Translations under genes and position numbers: made by a program
From: an uncultured Spirochaetota bacterium
GTDB taxonomy: Bacteria; Spirochaetota; Spirochaetia; SZUA-6; Fen-1364
DNA length: 64,000 bases
Assembly: GCA_963845535.1 (NCBI GenBank)
Contig: CAWJSK010000012.1
Location: forward strand, 480,001 to 544,000
Direction: 5' to 3'
The notes under the pieces: generated by a model
What the model was told of the DNA's origin: nothing
The model's database searches: none
What the model saw: only the letters and a program-made list of their open reading frames with translations
Part shown: piece by piece, positions 10,229-19,130 of the stretch
Layout: each line of letters begins with the position of its first letter
Numbering within the stretch: the first letter of the stretch is position 1

Positions 10229-10420
10229 ATGTGGGGAAAAAGAAGCCGCGAATCCGCGGCAGCGGAAACGCCGCAACGGACGGTCACCGTCCAGTGCCCG
10301 CTGTGCGGCAACCGCTTCGATCCTGCGCAAAGCCAGGCGTGCGCCCACTGCCCGAAGCTTTTCCGAAGCTGCGGCATGGTGGTCTGTCCGCGCTGCAGCC
10401 ATGAGTTCGTGCGCATGTGA
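10229..10420 (+). CDS. Small Cys-rich (Zn/Fe-S) protein downstream of feoB
   Basis: CPLC...CAHC...C...CPRC (7 Cys in 63 aa); GGAGG RBS 6 nt upstream. Confidence 0.75.
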   Translation: MWGKRSRESAAAETPQRTVTVQCPLCGNRFDPAQSQACAHCPKLFRSCGMVVCPRCSHEFVRM

Positions 10421-10546
10421 GGGGGGGCGCGGTCGGACGCGCGCGCCCCCGCGCGGCGGGTGCGCCCTGCCGCAGCGCTGCGCGCCCCTGCGGCGTCGAG
10501 ACCGTTTTCCCTTGACGACGAGAGCCCGGCCAATTACTGATTTGCC

Positions 10547-10846
10547 ATGGCGGCGGCCGTGCTGGCCGCGGGGATCGGACTGGCGGTCACGGGAATCATC
10601 TCCACGCTTGCAGAGGCGATGGCGGCATTCGGAAAAGCGCTCGTGTGGTCGAAGCCCGTGGGAGACCTTTCCGGAAAAACCATCATCGGCATTGCGGTGT
10701 GGCTCGTGTGCTGGCTCATCCTGGGGCTGGCATGGAAGGACCGCGATGTCAGTTTCAGGCCCGTCGTCATCGTGTCAGCCATCCTGCTGATCGTCGGCCT
10801 GCTGTTCACGTTCCCTCCGGTTTTCCAACTGATTGCAGGGGGGTAG
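10547..10846 (+). CDS. Small three-TM membrane protein of unknown function
   Basis: Three hydrophobic segments, WSKPVGDLSGKT loop, TFPPVF end; start uncertain. Confidence 0.65.
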   Translation: MAAAVLAAGIGLAVTGIISTLAEAMAAFGKALVWSKPVGDLSGKTIIGIAVWLVCWLILGLAWKDRDVSFRPVVIVSAILLIVGLLFTFPPVFQLIAGG

Positions 10847-10910
10847 GCGACGCGGAAGACTGGGCGCTGTCGGACGCGCGTGCGCCGTGGAGCGGAGTGC
10901 TCAAGCCGTC

Positions 10911-11366
10911 TCAGTAGACCACTTTCTCCATGTAGACGAGCATCACGCGATCACTCAAGGGCTCTCTCTTGAACTCGTGATACCCCAGGGAACCGTAGAG
11001 GGCGAGATTCTTCGCGCTCATCTCTCCCGTGAACAGCTCGAACCGTCGGGCGCTGAGGAAGATGGACTCCACAGAGCCCAGGAGCTTCTTGCCAATGCCC
11101 TTGTTCTGGAACTCGGGGTGCACAATGAGCCTCTCGACGAAACAGGTGTCATCCTTCACGAACGCACGGACCGAACCGATTATTTTCCCTGATTCGACTG
11201 CTTTCAGGACGACCTTGTTCTCGAACTCATCCCGCATGCTGTCGATGCTTTGCTGCAGCGGCGGGATGGAGTAGTCGTCATAGATGGCGGCCTCGGACTG
11301 GTAGCACAGCCTCTGCAGGTCCAGGATTGCAGAGGCATCCTCGGCAACGGCAAGCTTTACGCGCAT
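10911..11366 (-). CDS. GNAT family N-acetyltransferase
   Basis: LQRLCYQSEAAIYDD, IIGSVRA, LIVHPEFQNKGIGKKLL acetyl-CoA motif A, NLALYGSLGY. Confidence 0.9.
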   Translation of the reverse strand: MRVKLAVAEDASAILDLQRLCYQSEAAIYDDYSIPPLQQSIDSMRDEFENKVVLKAVESGKIIGSVRAFVKDDTCFVERLIVHPEFQNKGIGKKLLGSVESIFLSARRFELFTGEMSAKNLALYGSLGYHEFKREPLSDRVMLVYMEKVVY

Positions 11367-11490
11367 GATTTTACGAGTATGAATACACCATTCCAGGATA
11401 TTTATAAACAGCCCTAGCCATGGAGGGCGGAGGGCGAGCGAAGCAGGCTTCTCCTTGACATTGGGCTCGGCCTGAGTTTTCATCCTTGTC

Positions 11491-12951
11491 ATGATCACAC
11501 TGGAAAAGCATCCCGAGGCGCGCGCGCGCAACATCCGTCGCTGCAAAGACAAGGGCATCGTCCTTCCCACCTTCGCCCAGATGAAAGCCCCCGAAAAGGC
11601 ACCCCCCAGGATCAAGGAAGCCCTGAAGAAGACGGGACTCTGGGACCTGAACCCCTTGAACCTCTTTCGCATAAGCTGGCGAAACCAGCCGGTGGAGTCC
11701 GGCGGGCTTTTCGGTGAGGTCAACTTCCTGGAGTTTCCCCCCTCTCTCACCGGGGTTCCCGCGCGGATAATCGCCCTGGTCGGCAAGTGGTTCCCCACGG
11801 GCGCGCACAAAGTGGGCGCCACGTATGGGTGCCTCGCGCCGGCGCTCGTCACGGGGTCATTCGATTCCACGAAGCAGAAGGCGGCGTGGCCCTCCACGGG
11901 GAACTACTGCCGCGGAGGAGCGTTCAACTCGGCGCTTCTGGGCTGCCAATCCATCGCCATCCTGCCGGAAGGGATGAGCAAGGAGCGGTTCCAGTGGCTG
12001 TCGGAAATAGCCGGTGAGGTGATCACCACGCCCGGAAGCGAAAGCAACGTGAAGGAGATCTTCGACAAATGCCACGAGCTATCCTCCGAGCGCGGGGATG
12101 ACATCGTCATCTTCAACCAGTTCGAGGAGTTCGGGAACTACCTGTGGCACTACGAGGTCACGGGAGAGGCAATTGCGCGCGTGATGGAGCGCGTTCTGGG
12201 CCCGGCGGATGCGCTTGCGGCGTACGTGTCCTCCACCGGCTCCGCGGGCACCATCGCTGCCGGAGACAGCCTGAAAAAGAAATTCCCGGGCGTGAAGATC
12301 GGCGCGGCGGAAGCTTTGCAGTGCCCCACGCTGCTTCGAAACGGGTTTGGGGCGCACAGGATAGAAGGGATCGGGGACAAGCACGTCCCGTGGATCCATA
12401 ACGTGCGCAACCTGGATGCGGTGATCGCCGTGGATGACAACGACTGCATGAACCTCCTGAGGCTCTTCAATGAAAAGGAAGGAAAGGCGTTCCTCGCCTC
12501 CCGCGGGGTGCCGCAGAAGCTGATCGACTCCCTCGACCTCCTGGGGATCTCGGGGATGGGAAACGTCCTTGCCTCCATCAAGCTGGCCCGTTACTACGAG
12601 CTGTCGGAGAAAGACGTGGTGGTCACCATCCTGACGGATTCCATGCAGCTGTATGGCTCGCGCGTGAAGGAGCTTGCGGAGCAGCAGGGCGCGTTTGACA
12701 CGGCCGCCGCGGTGCGCGCGCACGCGGTCAGCCTCGAGGGGCAGCGGTCCGACAATGTGCTGGAGCTCACCTATCCCGAGAGGAAGCGCGTTCACAATCT
12801 CAAGTACTACACGTGGGTCGAGCAGCAGGGCAAAACCGTGCAGGAGCTGAACGCGCAGTGGGATGACCCCTCGTACTGGACGGGGGTCCAGGAGCAGGCG
12901 CCGCGGATCGACGCGCTCATCGAGGAATTCAATGCCGAGGTCGGGCAGTAG
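11491..12951 (+). CDS. Fold type II PLP-dependent enzyme (cysteine synthase/tryptophan synthase beta superfamily), substrate unknown
   Basis: FPTGAHKVGA (PLP Lys), WPSTGNYCRGG, PEGMSKERF, NQF, STGSAGT, HRIEGIGDKHVP. Confidence 0.85.
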   Translation: MITLEKHPEARARNIRRCKDKGIVLPTFAQMKAPEKAPPRIKEALKKTGLWDLNPLNLFRISWRNQPVESGGLFGEVNFLEFPPSLTGVPARIIALVGKWFPTGAHKVGATYGCLAPALVTGSFDSTKQKAAWPSTGNYCRGGAFNSALLGCQSIAILPEGMSKERFQWLSEIAGEVITTPGSESNVKEIFDKCHELSSERGDDIVIFNQFEEFGNYLWHYEVTGEAIARVMERVLGPADALAAYVSSTGSAGTIAAGDSLKKKFPGVKIGAAEALQCPTLLRNGFGAHRIEGIGDKHVPWIHNVRNLDAVIAVDDNDCMNLLRLFNEKEGKAFLASRGVPQKLIDSLDLLGISGMGNVLASIKLARYYELSEKDVVVTILTDSMQLYGSRVKELAEQQGAFDTAAAVRAHAVSLEGQRSDNVLELTYPERKRVHNLKYYTWVEQQGKTVQELNAQWDDPSYWTGVQEQAPRIDALIEEFNAEVGQ

Positions 12952-12954
12952 CAC

Positions 12955-14199
12955 ATGCCCGTCATCTACACCTGCACGAGCTGCGGGCGCCGGATCACCA
13001 CGGATGAGGTGATCTACCGTTGCCCGGACTGCGCCGGCAAGAACGCGGGCCCCGTTCAGGGCTTCCAGCGCGGGAACCTTGCCGTGGAGATCGAGCCTTC
13101 CGTCTCGTTCGTGCCCGGCAAGCCCGTGGACCCGCTCGCTTTCCTTCCGTTGCCGGTGAGGCACGCGGGAGCATACCCCGTGGGAGGGACGCCCCTTGTG
13201 ACTCCGGATCGGCTTCGAGAGAAAACAGGGTTTCCCGGCGTTTCTTTGAAGCTCGACAGCCTCAATCCTTCCGGATCACTGAAGGACCGGGCGTCCCTCC
13301 TGGTTGCCGAGCAGGCAAGGGCCCACGGAGTGGACACCGTCACCCTTGCCTCCACGGGAAACGCCGGGGCGTCCATGGCGTGCGCGGGAGCCGCTTTCGG
13401 GCTCGGCGTCGTGCTGTTCGTTCCCGGCACGGCACCTCGCGCCAAGCTGCTTCAGTCCCTGCTCTACGGAGCCCGCGTGGTGCCCATCCAGGGGACATAT
13501 GATGACGCATTCGCCCTCTCCATCGAGTACACGCGCGCTTTCGGAGGGATCAACCGCAACACCGGCTACAACCCTTTCACCGTGGAAGGAAAGAAGACCG
13601 TGTCCATCGAGCTGTACAACCAGCTCGGTTGTCGGGTGCCTGACGTGGTGTACGTGCCGGTGGGAGACGGCGTGATCATCTCCGGCGCCTGCAAGGGTTT
13701 TGCGGACCTCGTTCGAGCGGGCCTTGCGGAAAAGATGCCCGTCATGGTCGCGGTTCAGGCCGAAGGGAGCAATGCCATTGCGCGCAGCTGGAGGGAAGGG
13801 CATGAGGTGGTCCTCTCCCGCGTTTCGACCATCGCTGATTCCCTGTCCGTTGCCTCCCCTGCCTGCGGCGCCATGGCCCTTGACTGGCTGGAACGCACAC
13901 AGGGAAGGGCCGTGGAGGTGAGTGATGAAGAGATCAGCGCGGCGCAGTCGGAGCTCGGCAGGGAGTCAGGGACTTTTGTGGAGCCTTCATCTGCCGCGGC
14001 ATGGGCGGGTTTCCTGAAAGACCGGCCGAACGTGGACCGTTCCGCGGCGGTGGTTGTCCTTCTGACCGGCACCGGGTTCAAGGACACGGGAGCCGCGGAG
14101 AAGCTCGTTTCGATGCCCCAGCCCTGCCCAGCGGACCTGGCCCACGCGCGGCGGCTGCTGGAAACCTCGTATGCCCCCGGGCCGCGCGTCAGGCCGTGA
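12955..14199 (+). CDS. Threonine synthase-like PLP enzyme with N-terminal Zn ribbon
   Basis: CTSC...CPDC, GGTPL, NPSGSLKDRAS, ASTGNAGAS, EGKKT, PVGDG, EPSSAAA, LLTGTGFKD. Confidence 0.88.
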   Translation: MPVIYTCTSCGRRITTDEVIYRCPDCAGKNAGPVQGFQRGNLAVEIEPSVSFVPGKPVDPLAFLPLPVRHAGAYPVGGTPLVTPDRLREKTGFPGVSLKLDSLNPSGSLKDRASLLVAEQARAHGVDTVTLASTGNAGASMACAGAAFGLGVVLFVPGTAPRAKLLQSLLYGARVVPIQGTYDDAFALSIEYTRAFGGINRNTGYNPFTVEGKKTVSIELYNQLGCRVPDVVYVPVGDGVIISGACKGFADLVRAGLAEKMPVMVAVQAEGSNAIARSWREGHEVVLSRVSTIADSLSVASPACGAMALDWLERTQGRAVEVSDEEISAAQSELGRESGTFVEPSSAAAWAGFLKDRPNVDRSAAVVVLLTGTGFKDTGAAEKLVSMPQPCPADLAHARRLLETSYAPGPRVRP

Positions 14200-14220
14200 T
14201 CTGCGCCCGACAACGGCCCA

Positions 14221-16395
14221 TCATCCGGCTTTGGCCCCGGCTTCGGACCCGCCGTTGATCTCCGCCTCTATCCCCTTCACCAGGCGCTGCACGTAGGCCC
14301 CCAGATCCGGAACGTCGCTCCGAGGGACGCGGAAGCCGATTGCCCCTTCGTGCCCTCCGCCGTTGTTGATGGAGAACTTCGTCAGGAAGTTTCGAAGGTC
14401 GTATTCCTTCCACGCGCCGGACCGGCGCAGCCGGAACTGGTAGAGGGAGCTTCGCTCAGGGTTGTCAGCGTACGCCACGAAGCCGAGCTTCCCGCTTTCT
14501 TCCGCCAGCTTGTCCGCCACCGCGCGGGCAGTGGAGACCACGGTATCATCATCACTTCCGACGAACATCGGCGCTGATTGCTCCGCGTCCAGCGCCACGA
14601 ATGCGATGGACGTGCTGGAGCGCTTGTGGCTCATCATGTAGCGGAAGCACCCCGCCTCATTGTTGGAAAGCCTCTGCAGCTCGCCGAAGAGCTGGTCAGC
14701 GGTGAAGAAGTTGGTCTTCTTCGTGGTGCGTCGGGACAGCAGGTCATTGAACATGGTGCTGAACACCGTGTAGTACCTCTTCTCCCGGTGGGACTTGAGG
14801 TACTGGCCCATGTTCGAGTCCCCGATGATTCCCGTGAGGATTGCCAGAACGAGGTTGCGGGGGAAAAGCTCCGTCACCTGGTGACGGTCCAGGAGGTCCT
14901 GGCGGCCCTGGAGCTTGAGGAGGATATGCCCAACCAGCTCGCTGGCTGATGAAGCTTCCGTGACCAGCCGATACCCCTCGTCAGCGAAGTATCCGCTGTC
15001 TCCCCCCATGTGGTGGTCTATCTCGATGCGCAGCACCCCCGGATCCGCGATCACCGCCCGAAGCGCGGGGCTGGCGTCGATCATCTCGGGCTTCGGCGTG
15101 TCGCACAGCGCAACCGCCTCCACGCCGTTTGGCGCCGGATCACCGGACTTGAGAATGGGGATGGAGTTGTAGCGGCATATCTCCAGGAGGTAATGGAACC
15201 GTTCGTGCAGCTGCCCCCCGAAATAAAGGAAGACCTCCTTGTAGAACATGTGGAGGATGAGCGCGAGGGAGACCATGGAGGAGATGCAATCGTCATCCGG
15301 GCTGTGATGTCCGAGGATGAGGAAACGCTTCTTGTCCACCAGCGCCTCGATGATATTGGCGATGATGATGTTCTTCTGACGGATTCCATGGATTGGCGTC
15401 TTGGGTCCGCCCCGGCGCGGCGCGGAAGCACAGACGGCCCTGTTGCGCCCTCCCTCCTTGGCCCTGTACAGCGCGGCGTCGGCGGCGGCCCGCAATGTGG
15501 CCACCTCCGCGGCATGCTCGGGGAAGGAGGCCACTCCCATGCTGGAGGTGACCTGGGTAACGCGGCCCGTGGCGTCCTTGAGGACCTCAAGCCGGGCCAC
15601 TTCGTTGCACACGCTGCTCATGAGAGCAGTGGCCTCAGCCGAGCCGGTGTTCGGCATGATGATGACGAACTCGTCCCCTCCGTAGCGCGCTATGATCCCT
15701 TTGTCCTTGAGAATTGCGCGGAATACGGCGGAGGCGGATTTGATGGTCTCATCCCCCTTCTGGTTGCCATAGCGCTCGTTGATGGCCCGGAAGTGGTCGA
15801 GGTCAAGCATGACGAGGGAAAGCGGCGCGCCCTTTTCCCCGGCTTCCGACACGTAGCCCCCCAGGGAGTCCTCCAGGAAACGCCTGTTGTAGACGCCGGT
15901 GAGCTCATCGGTGATTGCCCGTTTGCGGGCGCTTTCCCCCCAGAGCACCATCTCGGAGACGAACTGGCTGGTGTCCCTGAGGCGTTGCGTGGTCACGTTG
16001 AGCATCCGGTACATGAGCTTCAGGGCAATCCGGGGATGCTGGGTGATGATGTCGGAGAATGCGTCCTTGGAAAGGCTGAAAACCACGCTCCGCGTGAGGG
16101 CCCGGCAGGTTGCCGAGCGGGGGGCGTTGTCGAAAATGGACATCTCGCCGAAAAAATCTCCGGGGGAGAACTGAGCTATCTGCTGCTCCGCGCCGTCCGG
16201 GATCCTGATGCTGATGGCGACTTTCCCCTCGGCCAGGATGTACAGCTCCTTGCCTGCCTCTCCCTCCCGGAAAAGGGTCTGTCCCTCCGCCAGCTCAACC
16301 GAGGCGAGATGCGTCGTCACGCGCTCGACCTCGTTATGGGAAAGAAGGGAGAACACCCCGACCTGTTCCAGGAAAGCGCGGGCAATGGCTTCCAT
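14221..16395 (-). CDS. cNMP-binding + GGDEF diguanylate cyclase + DHH/DHHA1 phosphoesterase fusion
   Basis: FFGEMSIFDNAPRSAT; TDELTGVYNRR, DLDHFRAINE, ARYGGDEF, ADAALYRAKEGGRNR; GHHSPDDD, IDHH, GIIGDS, GGGH. Confidence 0.9.
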   Translation of the reverse strand: MEAIARAFLEQVGVFSLLSHNEVERVTTHLASVELAEGQTLFREGEAGKELYILAEGKVAISIRIPDGAEQQIAQFSPGDFFGEMSIFDNAPRSATCRALTRSVVFSLSKDAFSDIITQHPRIALKLMYRMLNVTTQRLRDTSQFVSEMVLWGESARKRAITDELTGVYNRRFLEDSLGGYVSEAGEKGAPLSLVMLDLDHFRAINERYGNQKGDETIKSASAVFRAILKDKGIIARYGGDEFVIIMPNTGSAEATALMSSVCNEVARLEVLKDATGRVTQVTSSMGVASFPEHAAEVATLRAAADAALYRAKEGGRNRAVCASAPRRGGPKTPIHGIRQKNIIIANIIEALVDKKRFLILGHHSPDDDCISSMVSLALILHMFYKEVFLYFGGQLHERFHYLLEICRYNSIPILKSGDPAPNGVEAVALCDTPKPEMIDASPALRAVIADPGVLRIEIDHHMGGDSGYFADEGYRLVTEASSASELVGHILLKLQGRQDLLDRHQVTELFPRNLVLAILTGIIGDSNMGQYLKSHREKRYYTVFSTMFNDLLSRRTTKKTNFFTADQLFGELQRLSNNEAGCFRYMMSHKRSSTSIAFVALDAEQSAPMFVGSDDDTVVSTARAVADKLAEESGKLGFVAYADNPERSSLYQFRLRRSGAWKEYDLRNFLTKFSINNGGGHEGAIGFRVPRSDVPDLGAYVQRLVKGIEAEINGGSEAGAKAG

Positions 16396-17387
16396 CAGGC
16401 GTTGTCTCCCAGGACGCGGTTGCCCCCGCCTTCCCGTGCCTTCATCATCCTCTGGAAGCTCGTCCCGACAAGGCTCTTGGCATCAGCGGCCGAGTCCGGC
16501 CAGGTGCACGCGCCGACGCTCGCGGGCAGGGACGTGACGGCCCCGCCGGTGACCTCGGATACATCGACCCTGCCGACGGCCGTGCGGACGCACTCCGCGA
16601 TCCGTACCGCGTCAGGAACGGGGCGTCCCGGGAGCACCGCGCAGTATTCGTCCCCACGGTAGCGCACGCCGAGGTCCCCTTCCATCAGGCAGGATTTCAG
16701 GGCTTCGGCAATCAGGACGAGCGTCCTGTCCCCGGCGTCGTGGCCGCAGGTGTCGTTGATGGTCTTGAAATTGTCAGGCTTCACCACGAGAAGGCTCACG
16801 GGACGTCCGGCCGCCATGAGCCGGGGCAGCTCCTCCTCCAGGTAAGCCCTGTTATACAGCCCGCTGAGCTTGTCCCGGAGGAGCTGCCGCTTCAGCTCCT
16901 CGATCCAGGGCGCTTTTTCGGAGACCAGCCGGTCGATGGCCCGGATGCGGCCCGCGATCTCCCCCAGGAGCTTGCGGAGGATCCGCGCGAAAACGAGCGG
17001 GTGCTTTTCCAGCAGGTCCTGGAACGGCACCTCGTCAGGGAACACGAGCAGTGTCGTGGGCTCTTCCGCGATGGCCGACGCGCTGCGCGGCGCCGTGTCC
17101 AGGAGGTCCATCTCCCCGAACACCTCCCCCGCCACGAATCGGGCTATGTCCTGCGCCTCACCGCTGCCGCCTTCCACCAGCCGGCGTATCACCACGGAGC
17201 CGTTTTTGATCAGGTACAGCTCCTGGCGGTGGCTCCCCTCGGGGAAGATCTGTTCCCCCTGCGCAAAGGACCGGTATCCGCTGTAGCGGGAGATGGTCCG
17301 CAGCTCAGCCTCGATGAGCTGTGTGAACAATCCCGCTCTGCTGAGCAGAGCCAACTTCCCCGTTCGTTTCTTTGCTTCAGGGCTCAT
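16395..17387 (-). CDS. cNMP-binding + degenerate GGDEF protein
   Basis: VFGEMDLLDTAPRSAS; RDKLSGLYNR, VVKPDNFKTINDTCGHDAGD, RYRGDEY; TGATG overlap with the downstream gene. Confidence 0.88.
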   Translation of the reverse strand: MSPEAKKRTGKLALLSRAGLFTQLIEAELRTISRYSGYRSFAQGEQIFPEGSHRQELYLIKNGSVVIRRLVEGGSGEAQDIARFVAGEVFGEMDLLDTAPRSASAIAEEPTTLLVFPDEVPFQDLLEKHPLVFARILRKLLGEIAGRIRAIDRLVSEKAPWIEELKRQLLRDKLSGLYNRAYLEEELPRLMAAGRPVSLLVVKPDNFKTINDTCGHDAGDRTLVLIAEALKSCLMEGDLGVRYRGDEYCAVLPGRPVPDAVRIAECVRTAVGRVDVSEVTGGAVTSLPASVGACTWPDSAADAKSLVGTSFQRMMKAREGGGNRVLGDNA

Positions 17388-17424
17388 CGCTTGTGAAGGA
17401 AAATACCCCGAAGCGAAGGTTTCA

Positions 17425-18048
17425 TCAAGGAGAGCGAAAGTCGAAACCCACGAGCAGTGTGGCAAGGCTGTTTGACGGCGGGAATCCGAACGTCTCCCGC
17501 AGGAAGGCATCCGAAACCAGGGATGGGCTGATGGAAATGACCTCCCGCAGGCCGAGCTCGACACGCACGGGCTCAAGCTCGGGAAAAGGCAACGGCGGAA
17601 GGAGGAAGAAGCACGGCACTCGGGGCCCGCTCCTGCGCTCGGGGAACATCACGAAAGAGCCCTCCAGCGGGATGACGGACTCCGAGTACTTTCCCGCGCC
17701 GTCCGTCACCTCCTCACCCACGATCGTGTACCGCTTCCCGGCGATGGTGAGCGCGCGGCCGGCGCTCCTGGCGCCCGGCTGGTCCGCATTCACTCCGTCT
17801 TCAACCATATAGACTGTGGGGGCCGGCGGAGCGCGGAAGACAGCCGTCTTCAGCAAGGCGAAACATGCCTCCTTTTTCCCCATGAGGTCGACCCCGAGGT
17901 TCCTCACCGGCAGGGCGAGGCGCCTTTCGTGGAGCGACTCGAGCTCGACGACCTTTCGTTTCTGAGCCGCGTTCAGGGCTGCCACGCGTTCGACACCGGG
18001 AATGCTCTTGAGGACTGCGGCGACCCTGCCCAGGATATCTTCGCTCAT
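17425..18048 (-). CDS. Hypothetical soluble protein
   Basis: 207-aa ORF with normal codon usage; ATGA overlap with the DMT gene; no motif I can name confidently. Confidence 0.7.
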   Translation of the reverse strand: MSEDILGRVAAVLKSIPGVERVAALNAAQKRKVVELESLHERRLALPVRNLGVDLMGKKEACFALLKTAVFRAPPAPTVYMVEDGVNADQPGARSAGRALTIAGKRYTIVGEEVTDGAGKYSESVIPLEGSFVMFPERRSGPRVPCFFLLPPLPFPELEPVRVELGLREVISISPSLVSDAFLRETFGFPPSNSLATLLVGFDFRSP

Positions 18049-19007
18049 CGTGCGGCGCCGCCCCGCGCCGCCCCGCCGTGCGCCGTACCGCCATCCCCCG
18101 TACCGCCTCCCGCCGCCCCGCCGTGCGCCATGCCGCGCAGGAAGGCGGGAAGTTGCGCGATCATCATCCCCGCGAAAATGAACGAGCAGCCGGCAGCGCC
18201 GCGGGCTCCGAGCCTCTCTCCCAGGAGGACGCTCCCCCCCAAAGCCGCAAAGACGCTCTCCATGGACAGGAGGATGGCGGCGTGCGCGGGCTTTGCCCTG
18301 CGCTGCGCCACCACTTGAAGAGTGTATGCGACTCCAACCGACAGGAGCCCGCCGTAAAGAATCGGTCCCGCGGCTCCTCGTATGCCCTCCAGGGACGGGC
18401 GCTCAGCGATGAGTGCCGCGCCGGCGCTCAAAGCCGCGCAGGTGGCAAACTGGATGGAGGCGAGCTTCACGGGGTTTGTCCTGGGCGAAATCCACCCGAT
18501 CAGCTGCACGTGCGCAGCCCAGAAGAAAGCCCCCAGGAGCACGAGAAGATCACCTTTCTCGATGCCGAACCTCTCGTTGAAGCTCAGCAGGAAAAGGCCG
18601 GCCACGCAGGCCAGGGCGCCCGCCCATGCGGTCCACGCGGCGCGCTGTCCCCAGAGAAGGCCCGCAAGCGGCACGAGCACGACGTAGAGCCCCGTAATGA
18701 AGCCCGCCTTGCCTGCGCTGGTGAAGACCAGGCCGATCTGCTGCAGCGAAGCACCGCCAAAGAGGATGACGCCGGCAAGGACGCCCACGGGCAGCGGGCG
18801 CAGGGACGGCGCGGCTGACGGGAAAGGAGCCCGCCTCCTGCTCACGGCAAGGACAGGCAGAAGGGAAAGGGAGCCGAGGGCGAACCGCACCGCATTGTAG
18901 GTGAACGGGCCCACGTGCTCCATGCCCATGCGCTGGGCAACGAAGGCGAGCCCCCAGATCAAGGAGGTAAGGAGGAGAAGCGAGTCGCTGGCGAAGGACC
19001 CCTTCAT
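18045..19007 (-). CDS. DMT/EamA family transporter with Gly/Ala repeat tail
   Basis: LIWGLAFVAQ, GPFTYNAVRF, AGKAGFITGLYVVLVP, AYTLQVVAQ, ESVFAA, LLGERL. Confidence 0.92.
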   Translation of the reverse strand: MKGSFASDSLLLLTSLIWGLAFVAQRMGMEHVGPFTYNAVRFALGSLSLLPVLAVSRRRAPFPSAAPSLRPLPVGVLAGVILFGGASLQQIGLVFTSAGKAGFITGLYVVLVPLAGLLWGQRAAWTAWAGALACVAGLFLLSFNERFGIEKGDLLVLLGAFFWAAHVQLIGWISPRTNPVKLASIQFATCAALSAGAALIAERPSLEGIRGAAGPILYGGLLSVGVAYTLQVVAQRRAKPAHAAILLSMESVFAALGGSVLLGERLGARGAAGCSFIFAGMMIAQLPAFLRGMAHGGAAGGGTGDGGTAHGGAARGGAAR

Positions 19008-19130
19008 GACGGCTACCGTAGTCCGGCGCAGGGCGATGGGACAAGGGGTCGCGCATGGCGCGGCCGCGCGCCACGCGTGGCGGCATGAGCTGTACACGAT
19101 TCCCATTAATTTCTATGATTCTTCCCGACC

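Noticed and set aside
10420..10500. GC-rich hairpins after the feo operon
   Set aside because: No U-tract and no second copy seen; at most a terminator-like stem.
8110..10533. 807-aa minus-strand ORF, and similar long antisense ORFs at 15010-16662, 51736-53364 and 54515-56323
   Set aside because: Shadows of feoB, the GGDEF fusion and the MCPs, expected from high-GC codon bias; no motifs.
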